Positions 28,020-41,160 of a stretch of 64,000 bases of DNA are shown piece by piece. Source of the stretch: Octopus vulgaris (taxonomy: Eukaryota); the NCBI GenBank assembly GCA_951406725.2, contig OX597838.1, positions 9,176,001-9,240,000 on the forward strand. The letters run 5' to 3'. Positions within the stretch are counted from its first letter, which is position 1; every line of letters starts with the position of its first letter. Made by a program: the position numbers and the translations under genes. The notes beneath the pieces were generated by a model that had not been told where the DNA came from, searched no databases, and was given only the letters and a program-made list of their open reading frames with translations.

Positions 28020-28234
28020 CATATAAATATATGAAAGGTATTAAGTTTGGTCGATATAATTCCTTTGTATTGAAAAAAAAAATGTGCCACCCAGTTTCTG
28101 AAATACCCTGAAGTATACACAAAAGTAAATATCTTATTCAAAAAGCAAGGTAGACAAATATTTTGTCTTTTGTACATAAATTAGATTCTTCCACTAATTA
28201 CAGCATTATCGTTATATGTTTCTGTCTTTGACAG

Positions 28235-28388
28235 GTATGTTATTATCTACAACAAAGGTTACCAAGAATTTGATTATGTAGTTGGATCTATCAGCACGAA
28301 AGTAAAAGGCATTTCTTTGACAAACCGAACAATTTTGTCAGACAAACCTGGAATCTGGGATGTGGCAGACTATGTTGTTCCACCTCAG
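28235..28388 (+). CDS. P2X: P2X receptor exon 2
   Basis: ttgacag|G then YVIIYNKGYQEFDYVVGSISTKVKGISLTNRTILSDKPGIWDVADYVVPPQ|gtgag. Contains KGYQ, the ATP-binding KVKG lysines and WDVADYV. Phase matches exon 1. Confidence 0.95.
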
Positions 28389-29798
28389 GTGAGATAAACC
28401 GAAAATAATTTCTTAAAAAGGGTTAGTGACATTTTGGTGAACTGGATTCTTTGGTTTCTCTACGGAACCAGATTAACTGCAATGCTGCTAATAATGAAAG
28501 TGATTGAGCAATAGCAGAGAAACGATTGATTTGTATCCTTTAATTTTTGGTGGGATTTGGTATCTAATGAAAACATTTTACCCTCGACTCTACCAGTCCA
28601 TTATCATCATCATCATCATTGTTTTAATGTTCGCTTTTCTATGCTTGCATACTCTTTTACTCTTTTACTTGTTTCAGTCATTTGACTGCGGCCATGCTGG
28701 AGCACCGCCTTTAATCGAGCAACTCGACCCCGGGACTTATTCTTTTGTAAGCCTGGTACTTATTCTATCGGTCTCTTTTGCCGAACTGCTAAGTAACAGG
28801 GACATAAACACACAAGCATCGGTTGTCAAGCAATGCTAGGGGGACAAACACATACACACAAACACACACACGCATATATATACATATACATATATACGAC
28901 GGGCTTCTTTCAGTTTCCGTCTACCAAATCCACTCACAAGGCTTTGGTTGGCCCGAGGTTATAGTAGTAGACACTTGCCCAAGGTGCCACGCAGTGGGAC
29001 TGAACCCGGAACCATGTGGTTGGTAAACAAGCTACTTACCACACAGCCACTCCTGCGCCTTGGTTGGATAGAATTTGTTGAGGCAGGTTTTCTTTGGCTG
29101 GATACCTTCACCAACCTTCACCTGTTTCCAATATTTCCCCGTGACCAGACATGTTTTCATGGAAGACTGGAAATGAAGGACACTGCTTGTATGACAGTAA
29201 CAGTACCCAGTCCACACTGTAAAGGGGTTGGTGTTCGGAAGGACATCCAGCTGTAAAAATTCTGCCAAAACAGTTACAGAAGTCTGGCACAGGCTGCTGC
29301 CTGGCTGATTCTTGTCAAGCCATCCCACTCATGCCAGCATGGAAGGTGGACGTTAAATGATGATGATGATGGTAAAAAGCACCCACTACACTCACGGAGT
29401 GGTTGGCGTTAGGAAGGGCATCCAGCCGTAGAAACACTGCCAGATTTGACTGGGCCTGATGAAGCCTTCTGGCTTCACAGACCCCAGTAGAACCGTCCAA
29501 CCCATGCTAGCATGGAAAACGGATGCTAAACGATGATGATGATGATGATGATATATGTATGTATGTGTGTGTATGTGTTGATCCATTAACTCCTTTACAT
29601 TTTTCCCTCTCTCTGATTTTTTTCATTCTTTCTCCATTTTCTTCCCCTCAATCCTTTCTGTCAAAGAGCACAGGTTCAAAATGTCAAAGACTTTTCCGTT
29701 CTTCCCAAACATCAAACGAATACACCTGCTTCTTGTTCATTCACCTGTCCTTTGTCTTTTGGTTCCTGTAAATTCGAACATATCTTGATATTTTACAG

Positions 29799-29867
29799 GA
29801 GAACGGGGCTGTGTTTGTAATGACCAATGCTGTTATAACTTACAACCAGACTCAAAGGTGTCCCCAG
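29799..29867 (+). CDS. P2X: P2X receptor exon 3
   Basis: ttttacag|ENGAVFVMTNAVITYNQTQRCPQ|gtaagt; 69 nt, phase 0/0; FVMTN and QTQxCP motifs. Confidence 0.93.
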
Positions 29868-30587
29868 GTAAGTAAACTACTACTACTAATAATACTACTA
29901 CTACTAGAAATGCTTTTATTGTTGTTCTTGCTACTGTTGTCAATGCTACGGCTATTACTGTGAGTAGAGTGAAAGTGTGAGGTGATAAAAGTGTGACTGG
30001 TGTTCACTGATACTATAAAGGAGATATCACCATGGATAAAGTCCAAGAAGATTAATAAGGAAGATATCACCATGATTAAGGTCCAAGAGGATTAATAAGG
30101 AAGATATTTCTCAATACATACTGCTGTTATGCCTTCACTCCCTCATTTTATGCCTACATCATAGATGGGTAGATTTGCAAGTATATATATATATATATAT
30201 ATTATTTATATTATTATATGATTGAACGCCACGCATCCTCTTCCAACTAAGTTTTGAAACACGCTGGAGTTGAACTAGGGACGGCTGATGAAGGGGATTT
30301 TTCCTTGTGTAGTTGTCTTGTACTCTGTTTTTCCGTTGTTAAAGGAATGGTCCGTTCCATGCTGTTTTTACGTTTTCATTTCTCGTTGAGTTCTACGTCC
30401 ATTTGTGGTGTCCTGTACACACGTATATATATTTATATATGCATGTATATATACATGTAGATGTAGGTAGTACATATATGTTTGTATGTATGCATATATT
30501 TTATTTATTACACTATTGTATGACTGAGCGCCTTCGCATCGATTCGATTCGTTTGGTTTTGTTTCGTTTCTCCTTCTTCTCTAAGCT

Positions 30588-30651
<64 letters not shown>

Positions 30652-31026
30652 TGAACATATGACACAAGATTACCGGCTGCTCAATACCCCCTCCTCTCTC
30701 AAAGGATCTTAGTCTTACAAGTTATTTGGTGACCCTTCCAGTGCTGGTGCTACATAAAAAGCATCGAGTCCTCAATGTAAAGTGATTGGCATTTGGAAGA
30801 GCATCCAGTTGTAAAGACCATGCCAAACTGACCTCTCCTGTGCTGGTGCCACATAAGCATTCAGTCCACTCTGTGGGTTGGTTGGTGTTAGCAAGGGTAT
30901 CCACCCTGCCAAAGCAGACACTGAAGCTTGGTGCAGTCTTCTGCTCAACCAGCTCCTCTCAAGCCGTCCAACCCATGACAGCATGGAAGGAAGACGTTAA
31001 ATGATGATAAAGTCAGACAAAATAGG

Positions 31027-31122
<96 letters not shown>

Positions 31123-31544
31123 CACCCACTACACTCATGGAGTGGTTGGCGTTAGGAAGGGCATCCAGCCCTAGAAACACTGCCAGATCAGACTGGGCCT
31201 GATGCAGCCTTCTGGCTTCACAGACCCCAGTTGAACCGTCCAACCCATGCTAGCATGGAAAGCGGATGCTAAATGATGATGATGACGATGATGATGATGA
31301 TATATATATATATGTATATATATTGGTCAGTCGAGTAAGTTTCTTACAGAGTAACAGTTACAGTTTATCATTTAAGCAAGCTGTTTTGCCTCAAGTATTG
31401 GATAACCAAGTATTTGATAACAAAGTTGATTATCTTAAGAACAAACATCCTGTTATCTGATATCCAATATCCACTGTGTGTATCCAATGTTAAATTGATT
31501 TGTAAGAAAGATGAAAATGGATCTGTAAAACTTTGCATGTGTGT

Positions 31545-31583
<39 letters not shown>

Positions 31584-31724
31584 TAAACATGTATATCTAT
31601 CTAGCCATTTATGTGCATGCATGTATGTATATGTGTGTGTGTGTGTGTATATATATATGCATGGGTGTGCATCTATAAATGTGTGTGTGTGTCTGTATGT
31701 ATATATATATATATTTATATATAT

Positions 31725-32030
31725 ATTCCGACTCGTGGCCGATGCCAGCACCGCCTCGACTGGCTTCCGTGCCGGTGGCACATAAAATACACCAATCCGA
31801 CCGTGGCCGTTGCCAGCCTCGCCTGGCACCTGTGCAGGTGGCACGTAAAAAGCACCCACTACACTCACGGAGTGGTTGGCGTTAGGAAGGGCATCCAGCT
31901 GTAGAAACATTGCCAGATTAGACTGGAGCCTGGTGCAGCCTTCTGGCTTCCCAGATCCCCGGTCAAACCGTCCAACCCATGCTAGCATGGAGAACGGACG
32001 TTAAACGACGATGATGATGATGATGATGAT
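31725..32030 (+). mobile_element. SINE/LINE-tail family C ending in (GAT)n, representative copy
   Basis: ...GAGTGGTTGGCGTTAGGAAGGGCATCCAGC...CCAACCCATGCTAGCATGGA...TTAAACGACGATGATG. Other copies at about 2867-3195(-), 9150-9320(-), 13497-13596(+), 17521-17710(-), 18095-18250(+), 29370-29551(+), 31120-31300(+), 37470-37790(-), 38848-39007(+) and 42180-42255(+). Confidence 0.8.
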
Positions 32031-33024
32031 ATATATATATATATATATATAGTTAATCCAAACAAGAAAGCACAAAAAAACACAACAACACGAGAACGTG
32101 GAGCAAGTATAGTATTATTGGACGCTCAGGAAAGAAGGAGGGTTTAATGTTTCGAGCGGACCTCTTCATCGGAAACATAGGAGAAGGAAAGATCCAGAGA
32201 AGGGAAGACAGAGGAAAAAAAGTCAATGGTCCACACAAGGTCACACATATATATATATATAGTACAAAGTAAGATAGGGGTTATGGGTGTAACCCACTAT
32301 GGGATATCATTTATCCAATATACTGTTGGTAAAGTACCCAAATTCTTAATACATAAATGTTTTTAATTGCAATGCAATTAATTCATTTATTGTATTAAAC
32401 TGGTGAAGGTAAAGAAACTCTGCCAGATAAGATTGGAGCCTGGTACAGCCTTCTGACTTACTAGAACTCATTCAAACCATCCAACCCATGCCAGCATGGA
32501 AAGCAGGTGTTAAACAATGATGATGATGATGAGATGTATATATAGATATATACACATATATGGTGGAAGCACTCCGTCGGTTACGACGATGAGGGTTCCG
32601 GTTGATCCGGATCAACGGAACAGCCTGCTCATGAAATTAACGTGTAAGTGGCTGAGCACTCCACAGACACGTGTACCCTTAACGTAGTTCTCGGGGATAT
32701 TCAGCGTGACACAGAGAGTGACAAGGCCGGCCCTTTGAAATACAGGTACAACAGAAACAGGAAGTAAGAGCGAGAGAAAGTTGTGGTGAAAGAGTACAGA
32801 GCCTCGTGGAGCTTTAGGTGTTTTCGCTCAATAAACACTCACAACGCCCGGTCTGGGAATCGAAACCGCGATCCTACGACCGCGAGTCCGCTGCCCTAAC
32901 CACTGGGCCATTGCGCCTCCACATACACATATATATCATAGTTATGTAAATCCTGAAAGTATATAAGTTAGTCTGTGTAAATTCTTAGAGTCCCTGTTTA
33001 AATATCAATGTCTATGTGTTGCAG

Positions 33025-33097
33025 GATGTTGCTTCTGGTGACTTTTGTACCTCCGACGCTGACTGCCCAGCTGAAACAAAGATACCAAGTGGCGATG
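33025..33097 (+). CDS. P2X: P2X receptor exon 4 (Cys-rich head)
   Basis: ttgcag|DVASGDFCTSDADCPAETKIPSGD-G|gtaagt; CxSDxDC motif; 73 nt, phase 0/1. Confidence 0.92.
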
Positions 33098-33654
33098 GTA
33101 AGTAGTTTTCTGGATTTACATTCAGTCCAAGATTATCCTGATCCAGGACACCTTAAACATTGTATTGAAATAAAACAAATCTTAGTTTAGATTAGGGGTT
33201 GGCCAAATGGTGAAAAGTGAACCCCAGGGTCCATGTAGATATCCAAGGGGGTTGATAAACAGCCAAAACAATTTGGGGCATTAAGCCTTTTGTTACTACA
33301 TTTCAGTTAAAATACACTACATTTGTTTGAATAAGTTTTCTAAATTTCAGGTTGGTATTTTCCAAACACCAGCTTAATAATGATAAATGCCATTTTGATG
33401 GAAGGTTATAGTTTAGATCCTTTTAAAATGCAAAGTTTGTAACATAGAACCAAGGCCTTTTTCAGGTGGATTGGTATTAAAAGGGTTAAGGGTGTTGAAA
33501 TGTAAGTGAACTCAATCTGAAACTTAGGAATGAATTTTTATTGGTGGTGATGATGATGATGATGGTGGTGATGGTGGTGGTTTTGATGGTGGTGGTGATG
33601 ATGATGATGCATTCAAAAGGTCCTAGATTATGTGAAGTGATTTATATTTTCCAG

Positions 33655-33748
33655 GCTTCAGAACTGGTCTCTGTGTAAACTCTTCCCAAAATGGCACTAA
33701 AGTCTGTGAGATTTATGCCTGGTGTCCATTTGAAAATGATACTTTAAG
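33655..33748 (+). CDS. P2X: P2X receptor exon 5 (head domain)
   Basis: tttccag|(G)FRTGLCVNSSQNGTKVCEIYAWCPFENDTL-S|gtaagt; GxxTGxCV and CEIxAWCP motifs; phase 1/2. Confidence 0.95.
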
Positions 33749-34179
33749 GTAAGTGTTGGTTCAATAACTTTTTACCTGTTTTGCTTTTTCTTTTTTTTTC
33801 TTTCTGATTTTTAACAAAAACTGTAAAAATAAATTCATACCCAAATAATACAAAAAATACAAAAAAAAAAAAAAAACCGCCAGAAAACAGAAAAACAGGT
33901 CCTTCTGCTTGACATGCAATAAGTAGATTCCACTGGAAATTGTTTGTTTTTGCATTGCATTGCAACTATGAAAATCACAATTTTTGGAGAGATCGTTTCA
34001 CAGGTGTAACTTGCCAGACAGGTGTTTTGATCTGAGACTGTGTTGTGGCCATTAAAAAACTAGGCTGTAGTTGGTGCAATGAAAATTTGGACACCAAATA
34101 ATAAAGGGTTGAGTGAAATCATGTCTTTGTGTGTTTTTCAAAGGCCAATATAATGTCTTCCATGCCACAATTGTATCAA

Positions 34180-34403
34180 CCCATTAAGTCCCAGAATACT
34201 TAAATTTCTGAATATTAATTTTAAATTTTTACAGATGATTGAAAATACATTAAAAGGAAAAAAAATAATTATTAAAACTCCTTTACTTCAAGTAGAAATG
34301 GAAACATTCAGTGTCCTATAAATAGGACACTGGGATAATGTGATATAGCTTATTTAATGTTCTCATTTAGTGTCCTATTTATAGGACAGGGGGACTTAAT
34401 GGG
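34180..34403. mobile_element. piggyBac-like MITE
   Basis: 13-bp TIR CCCATTAAGTCCC / GGGACTTAATGGG flanked by TCAA and TTAA; two internal palindromes AGTGTCCTATwwATAGGACA. Confidence 0.7.
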
Positions 34404-34548
34404 TTAATAAAACTTTGTTGTATCTCAGGAGAGACATTATGCCAATAAGAAACACATTTACTGGTTTTTATGAAGTGATTCTTCGTCCGTGTTCTCCCTT
34501 CTGATTACCTTTTTCTATCTTTAGAGTTTGCTCAGACACTTCCCTCCT

Positions 34549-34593
<45 letters not shown>

Positions 34594-34618
34594 ACTTGAT
34601 AATTATTGTCTCTTGTAG

Positions 34619-34699
34619 TGAGCCCTTACTGAAATCAGCAGCTAATTTCACCATCTTCATCAAGAACAATGTTCATTTCCCTAAATTCAATGTCTCCAG
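34619..34699 (+). CDS. P2X: P2X receptor exon 6
   Basis: cttgtag|(S)EPLLKSAANFTIFIKNNVHFPKFNVS-R|gtaaga; NFT..IKN..FPKF motif; phase 2/2. Confidence 0.95.
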
Positions 34700-35254
34700 G
34701 TAAGATTTTTAATTATTTTCTAAGACTCTGCTGTCATATGCAGGTAAACACACACACACACACACACACTTCTTTGTCTTTGCCAAGTGGTTTTCCTTGA
34801 CTTCTGCTGTCAGAAATGGCTTTTTGTGTTCCTTGCATGAGTGGTAGCGATGGTCCCCATTCAGGGCCCAAGTTCCCGTTCTCGGATCTTCAGTCACCTA
34901 GTTTTGCAGTTGTTGGATGAACCCCGGTGTGTGGATGTTGTCAGAATGCTTGCTATGCCCTTTCCTGCCGGCTGTGGCAATAAGCCATGTCATGTCTTAA
35001 AACCTTTACAGCGTCTACAGATCATTGAACAGCAGTTATGATGTTAGCATTTTGATACCCAACACAAATTGTCTTGATACAAACAACCCTTCTCCAATAT
35101 TCAGATGGTCTCCTATCTTTTATGTCAGCTTAACTTTTTCTCAACTACATTTTTATGCTCTCCAATGCCTTTGACTATTTACCAATGCAGCAAACTGCTC
35201 CTGACAAAAGGAAACAATTTCTCGAATTTAGTTTGAACATCTTGTTTGGATGTA

Positions 35255-36152
35255 TGAGGTGTAATCAGAAAGTATCCGACCTTTGACCAAAAACAAGTAA
35301 TATTAAAAAACAAAACTCACTATTTTGATTTAGTCTCCTTCAAAATGTTTGCCTTTTTGAGTCTACACACTTCTACTAGCATTCCTGCAACTGCTGAAAA
35401 CATTTCTGGAAATCACCTTTTGGGATTCTGTAGAGCTGTGCCGTCGAATTTTACTTAATGTCCTCTGTTGACTCACATCTTCTCTCTTTGAGTGTTTTTT
35501 TGAGCTTTGGGAAAAGCCAAAAGTCTCATGGAGCCAAGTCTGGTGAGTAGGAAGCCTGATGAATAAGTGGTGTGTTTTGCTTGACAAGGAATGCTTGGGC
35601 GATGTGGGCGGAATGAGCAAGAGCATAGTCATGGTAGAGTTACCAGTTCTTTGCTGCCCACAGGTCAGGTTGTTTTTGGCACACAGCTTCAAGAAGGCAA
35701 CAAAGAACCCCCAGGTGGTATTCTTTGTTAATTGTCTCACCTTGCAGTGCATATTTATGGCTCACTGTCCACTGAGGTGTGACCATCTTTGAACTGGTTG
35801 TACTACTCCTTTTTTTGTGTTTTCCCAAAGCATCATCTTCAAAGGTCTTCTGAATCTTCTCGATAGTCTTGGCTTGCATCTCACCAAGTTTTTGGCAGAA
35901 TTTGTTACAGTCTCTTCACTCAAAACACTCAGTCATCTTGACTCAAACAGAAAAATTGCACAGCACACTTTTCGCATCTGTCCTCAACGCATCACTGTGG
36001 GTAAGTGGCGCAACCCACAGACACGAGAATTTTTGCTCATGCTCAGGAAGGACTCAGCCACTTAATACCCTTGCAGATTTTAATCATGCGTTATTATTTT
36101 GTGCAAAAAACAAAAACAAAATCAAGGTCAGATACATTTTGGTTATACCTCA
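35255..36152 (-). mobile_element. Internally deleted mariner-like (DD34D) transposon in P2X intron 6
   Basis: TA-flanked imperfect 28-bp TIRs (TGAGGTGTAATCAGAAAGTATCCGACCT / AGGTCAGATACATTTTGGTTATACCTCA); remnants GETINKEYHLGVL..LEAVCQKQPDLW, YHDYALAH and SPDLAP*DFWLFPKLK. Confidence 0.85.
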
Positions 36153-36974
36153 TACAGTAGTGTGTGTGGGGTGGGGTGGGGGGTTGTTCCCCACCACTGC
36201 TTGACAACCAGTGTTCAAAACAAACCTCATGGACTAAGTACTAAGCTTTAATAAAATAAGTCCTGGGATTAGTTTGTTCAACTGAAAAACACTCCAAGGC
36301 GGTGCCCCAGTATGGTCGCAGTAACAAGTAAAAAAATCTAGTTTATATTTCAGCATGTCCCAAATAAGCTTCACCACCCACTTGCCCTATTTTAGCTCAA
36401 ACCCTTGACCAAGGAGTGTTGTTTTGTTATCCTGTTCTTTTGAGATTATAGTCCAGACACTTAACTCTCATGTGAGATAACCTACATTTGAACAAACAGA
36501 TTATGTAGGAGACAGTGAGGGAGACTTTGTGTGATTGCGGCTGCTGCCAGCGATAATAATCTACTTCCCCTCAAATAATACTTTTCCATTATAAAATATA
36601 TTGTACTCTTTACTCTCTTCACTCTTTCACTTGTTTCAGTCATTTGACTGCGGCCATGCTGGAGCACCGCCTTTTAGTCGAGCAAATCGACCCCCAGGAC
36701 TCATTCTTTGTAAGCCCAGTACTTATTCTATCGGTCTCTTTTGCCGAACCGCTAAGTTACAGGGACGTAAACACACCAGCATCGGTTGTCAAGCGATGTT
36801 GGGAGGACAAACACAGTCGAATCAAATCGACCCCAGGACTTATTCTTTGTAAGCCTAGTACTTATTCTATCGGTCTTTTTGCCGAACTGCTAAGTTACAG
36901 GGACGTAAACACACCAGCGTCGGTTGTCAAGCGATGTTAGGAGGACAAACACAGGCACACAAACATATACACTC

Positions 36975-37007
<33 letters not shown>

Positions 37008-40000
37008 CATATATATACGATGGGCTTCTTTCAGTTTCTGTCTACCAAATCCACTCACAAGGCTTTGGTCGGCCTGAGGCTATAGTAGAAGACACTTGCC
37101 CAAGGTGCCATGCAATGGAAATGAACCTAGAACCATGTGGTTGGTAAGCAAGCTACTTACCACACAGCCACTCCTGCGCCTTATCATAAGAATTTTATAG
37201 ACTTTCAAGAAGACATGAAATAATGCAGCATAGAATTTTGTCAGTGCAGAGGTCGTGGTCTCCATAGCACCATAAATATTTTGGCAAATTAAATTTAAAT
37301 GTTGAAGTGAATCTAACGGTTTTTGTGTGTTTCTTAAATGGCTTATAAACACCTTTCATGCTGCAATTGTTTTTGTTCCAGCACATGATCACAGATCAGG
37401 TCTATATTTGCTGAAGAGTAAAAGTACAGTTTTGTGCTTTTATCAGATCTTATCAGTTAATGGTCATTCCTCCTCCTCATCATCATCATTTAACGTCTGT
37501 TTTCCATGCTGGCATGGGTTAGATGATTTGACTGGGCTCTGGGAAGCCAGTAGACTGCAACAGGCCCTAATCTGATCTGGCAGTGTTTCTACAGCTGGGT
37601 GCCCTTCCTAATGCCAACCCTCTCCAAGAGTGAGGTGGTGTTTTTTACATGCCACCGACACAGGAGCCAGAGGAGCTGGCATCGACCACGATCGGATTGG
37701 TGCTTTTTACATGCCAGCTGCACGGAAGCCAGTCAAAGTGGCACAGGCATTGGTCACTTTCAGACGGTGCTTTTTACATGGTACTGGCACGGGGTCACAA
37801 CTACAATTTCCATTTGATTTGGTTTCAATGTTAACGAAGTTGAAAAATATAAATCTAAGGAGACATGAACTCTTTGCAATATCAATTTCATTGGTTAATA
37901 CATTTGAAGAAGATCTTTTGTGTAGAATAATGTGGAATATTTATTTAGATTTATTAGTTCATAATTGATGTAAATAACTTTCAGATCAATAATTTGTTAA
38001 TTGAATGAAGAGAAGCCAGTTATGTTTTGATCAATAACAGACCCTGATTTATATTGACAATCGATACAGTATTTGGGCTGCCAGTAAAAGAATGTCACAG
38101 ATTGCCGTTAGTTTTCTTAGTTTTCTTCTATCTGATGTCTAACAAATTACTTTCCATTTGTGTGTGATGGTAGTTAATCACATGTTTTTATTGGTGATTA
38201 AATTTGAACTCACTTCAGCAAGCTACCCTATTTTCTGGCAAACAAGTTGACATAGAATAAAAGCATAAACCATTTAAACATCATCACTATCTCTTCAAAT
38301 CCTGCTGCATTCCTTATGGAATTTTTGGTTCCCCAAAGTTCTCTTGGTACATAAATTGATGTAGCATTTATGGCTGTCGATTTTGGTCTGAATGATCTGG
38401 CTTGTGTATACAGGCTCAAGAACTGTGGATGAAGTGGACGTGAGGACACGCCCTAAAGGTTTTTTTGTTGGGTGGGGGCCATTGGAAACACCTTGAACAT
38501 CCTGGGTTGAACCTAGGCTTGCATTCTCTAAGCAAATTTCATTCCCACACTTCTGCTTGTGCACCAGAAACTACAATAATGAAACAGTTTTAATTAAGAA
38601 GCTAATGATCCAGTCTTGTATTTAAATGAACAGGCCGTTTCAGTTTTATATTTATAAAGAATACATTGTCTGGAATTAAAAGATTTTGCCAAAAACATTG
38701 CAAAGGAAGGGTGTCCACCATGGGTAATACTTTTAAGTGGGGGCAGCACATTTGGATCTGCTATAATTAATGCCACTGGAGTCAGTGATAATTTATGAAA
38801 ATTTAATGTTTAAGATTATAAACCAATATCCTAGTGACAAGACACTTGTGGAGTGGTTGGCGTTAGGAAGGGCATCCAGCTGTAGAAACACTGCCAGATC
38901 AGACTGGAGCCTGGTGCAGCCCCTGGCTTCCCAGACCACGGTCGAACCGTCCAACCCGTGCTAGCGCGGAAAATGGACGTTAAACGATGATGATGATGAT
39001 GATGATGAAGACAAGATGAATTTCTTTGAAAATCTCTTAAAACACAATTTGAATTTCATAACCTTTACATGTCAGAGAAACAGATTTTACAGACTTTGTC
39101 TCGATGGAATCTGGTGCAGCTATGGCCTGGCCAGTTCCTGTTCAGCTGTCCAACCCATGCCAGCATGGGAAACAGATGTTAAATGATGATGATGATGATG
39201 ATGATGATGATACGTCTATTTGGCTGAACACATCATTTTTCAGTGGAATCAGAGAATTGGTTGCTGCTGTTTAGGATGCTAATGAATTGGAATGGTTGAG
39301 CTTGGATGTAGAATTTATTTTAGCAACAATACATTTTTTGCACTGGAGGCAGAGGCAGACAATCGCATATGCACATATGCACACACAGAAATATATACAC
39401 ATACAGTGAGAGAGAAAGAGGGAGAGTGTGTGGGGGACATTACAATTAATTAATTGATCACAGTTGGAATAAACATTTTCTTCTCCTCACACACATACAG
39501 AGAAATATGCTACGCACATAAAGTGACAGAGAAAGTGGGGTGGGGTGGGGGAAGAGATGGGGGAAGGGGAGAAAGAGAGGAGAGGGGGGAGGGGGAGGGA
39601 TGTCAAAATGTCACCTGCTCTTTTTCTGAGCATCTGCTGGAAGGATTTGAACTTAAGACAGCTGGTTTACTGTTGTGTACAGCAATAAATTGTGCCTAAG
39701 CATATTATCTATTTAACTGTAAAGAAAAATAAACTGTCTGAGAGTTAAGTATCTTGCTCAAGAACCTAGTGTAACAGTAACAGGATATGCATGGGGAGCC
39801 CTTTGGGGTCTCTATTCGATTATGTCATCCCAATGAGTTGGAAATACCAGTTTCTGAAAACAGGATACAAAGCATTCAAAATATTTAAAAAAAGGCATTT
39901 TTTGTCTTATTTTCCTAAATATTTGATATTAACTGAGACAACAGGTGTAAAACCCCCAAAAAAAAATTTATATAATTCTGTTTATCCTTTTTTTATATTT

Positions 40001-40089
40001 TATTTTTACTTCCTATTTCTTGGATTTTTAAAAATATTTGTTTCTCTCTGTTTTTTCTTTTTAATTTTTATTTTTGTTCATTAATACAG

Positions 40090-40219
40090 GGTAAATGTTG
40101 ATTCGAATATGTCCAAAAACTGTACCTATGATCCCCATACTTTGAAATCCTGCCCCATTTTTCGCATGAGTACCATCACAGACATCTTTGGAACACCTTT
40201 TAAAAACGTTGCCCTTCAG
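40090..40219 (+). CDS. P2X: P2X receptor exon 7a (alternative dorsal-fin exon)
   Basis: Long polypyrimidine tract, then aatacag|(R)VNVDSNMSKNCTYDPHTLKSCPIFRMSTITDIFGTPFKNVALQ|gtagat. Open frame with C-x9-CPIFR and FxxVAxQ motifs; 130 nt, phase 2/0. Confidence 0.88.
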
Positions 40220-40731
40220 GTAGATAGCACGTTTGTGCCGGACATTTATTATTTATAATATTATAATAATTATCATTAACATTACTATTATCATCATCAT
40301 CATCATCACGAAGGTGGTGAGCTAGCAGGCTCATTAGCACACCAGGTGAAATGCTTAGTGGTATTTCACCTGATGCTACGTTCTGAGTTCAAATTCTGCC
40401 GAGGCCAACTTTGCCTTTTGTCCTTTCGAGTTCAGTAAATTAAACACTGGGGGTCAATGTAATTGACTCATCCTCTACCCCAGAATTGCTGCTCTTGTGG
40501 CAAAATTTGAAACCATTATTATTATTATTATTATTATTATTATCATCGTCATCGTCATCATCCCTGCTGTACTCTTTCGCCGCAACTTTCTCTCACTCTT
40601 TCTTCTGTTGGCCTGCTCACTTAGCCAGTGGGGTGGCATCATTTGAAGACTAAAACAATGCGAAGCACATTGTGACCAGTGATGTGCAGCAACATCTGAT
40701 AGCTTGGTTGGTCATGGTGATCACGGTGATA

Positions 40732-40763
<32 letters not shown>

Positions 40764-40833
40764 CTTCTATCTGCAAGTTAATTCCTTTACAAACTGTGAA
40801 TTCCCTGTCTAGAACTTTCATACATACTCACTT

Positions 40834-40911
40834 TGTCTCTGATGAAGGAATACCCAGTGTATGGAGATGCTAACCTATCACTTGGGATATCCTAGAAACA
40901 GCTGTAAGACA
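40834..40911 (+). ncRNA. Type I hammerhead ribozyme motif (minimal stem III, Penelope-type)
   Basis: TGTCT-CTGATGA-[AGGA...TCCT stem II]-A-GAAA-C AGCT G-TA-AGACA: 5-bp stem I, intact core, GUA cleavage triplet; one extra A before GAAA. Confidence 0.65.
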
Positions 40912-41019
40912 TCCAATAAGTAATTAATTAATTAATTACTTCAAATTCATCTTACTCTAATTAAATATTCTAAATGACTTGAGATACTCATCCTGCTTTG
41001 GTTTTTGCCGTCCTTTTCC

Positions 41020-41060
<41 letters not shown>

Positions 41061-41077
41061 CACACACATACATACAA

Positions 41078-41158
<81 letters not shown>

Positions 41159-41160
41159 AA

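Noticed and set aside
30255-30310. CTGATGA with nearby GAAAC (also CTGATGA at about 61293 and CTGAAGA at about 41312)
   Set aside because: No consistent stems I-III with a correctly placed GAAA and cleavage triplet.
38228-38800. Third dorsal-fin exon or other coding exon in the unique-looking part of intron 6
   Set aside because: No CxYD...CPIF motif or compatible open frame found; probably decayed repeat.
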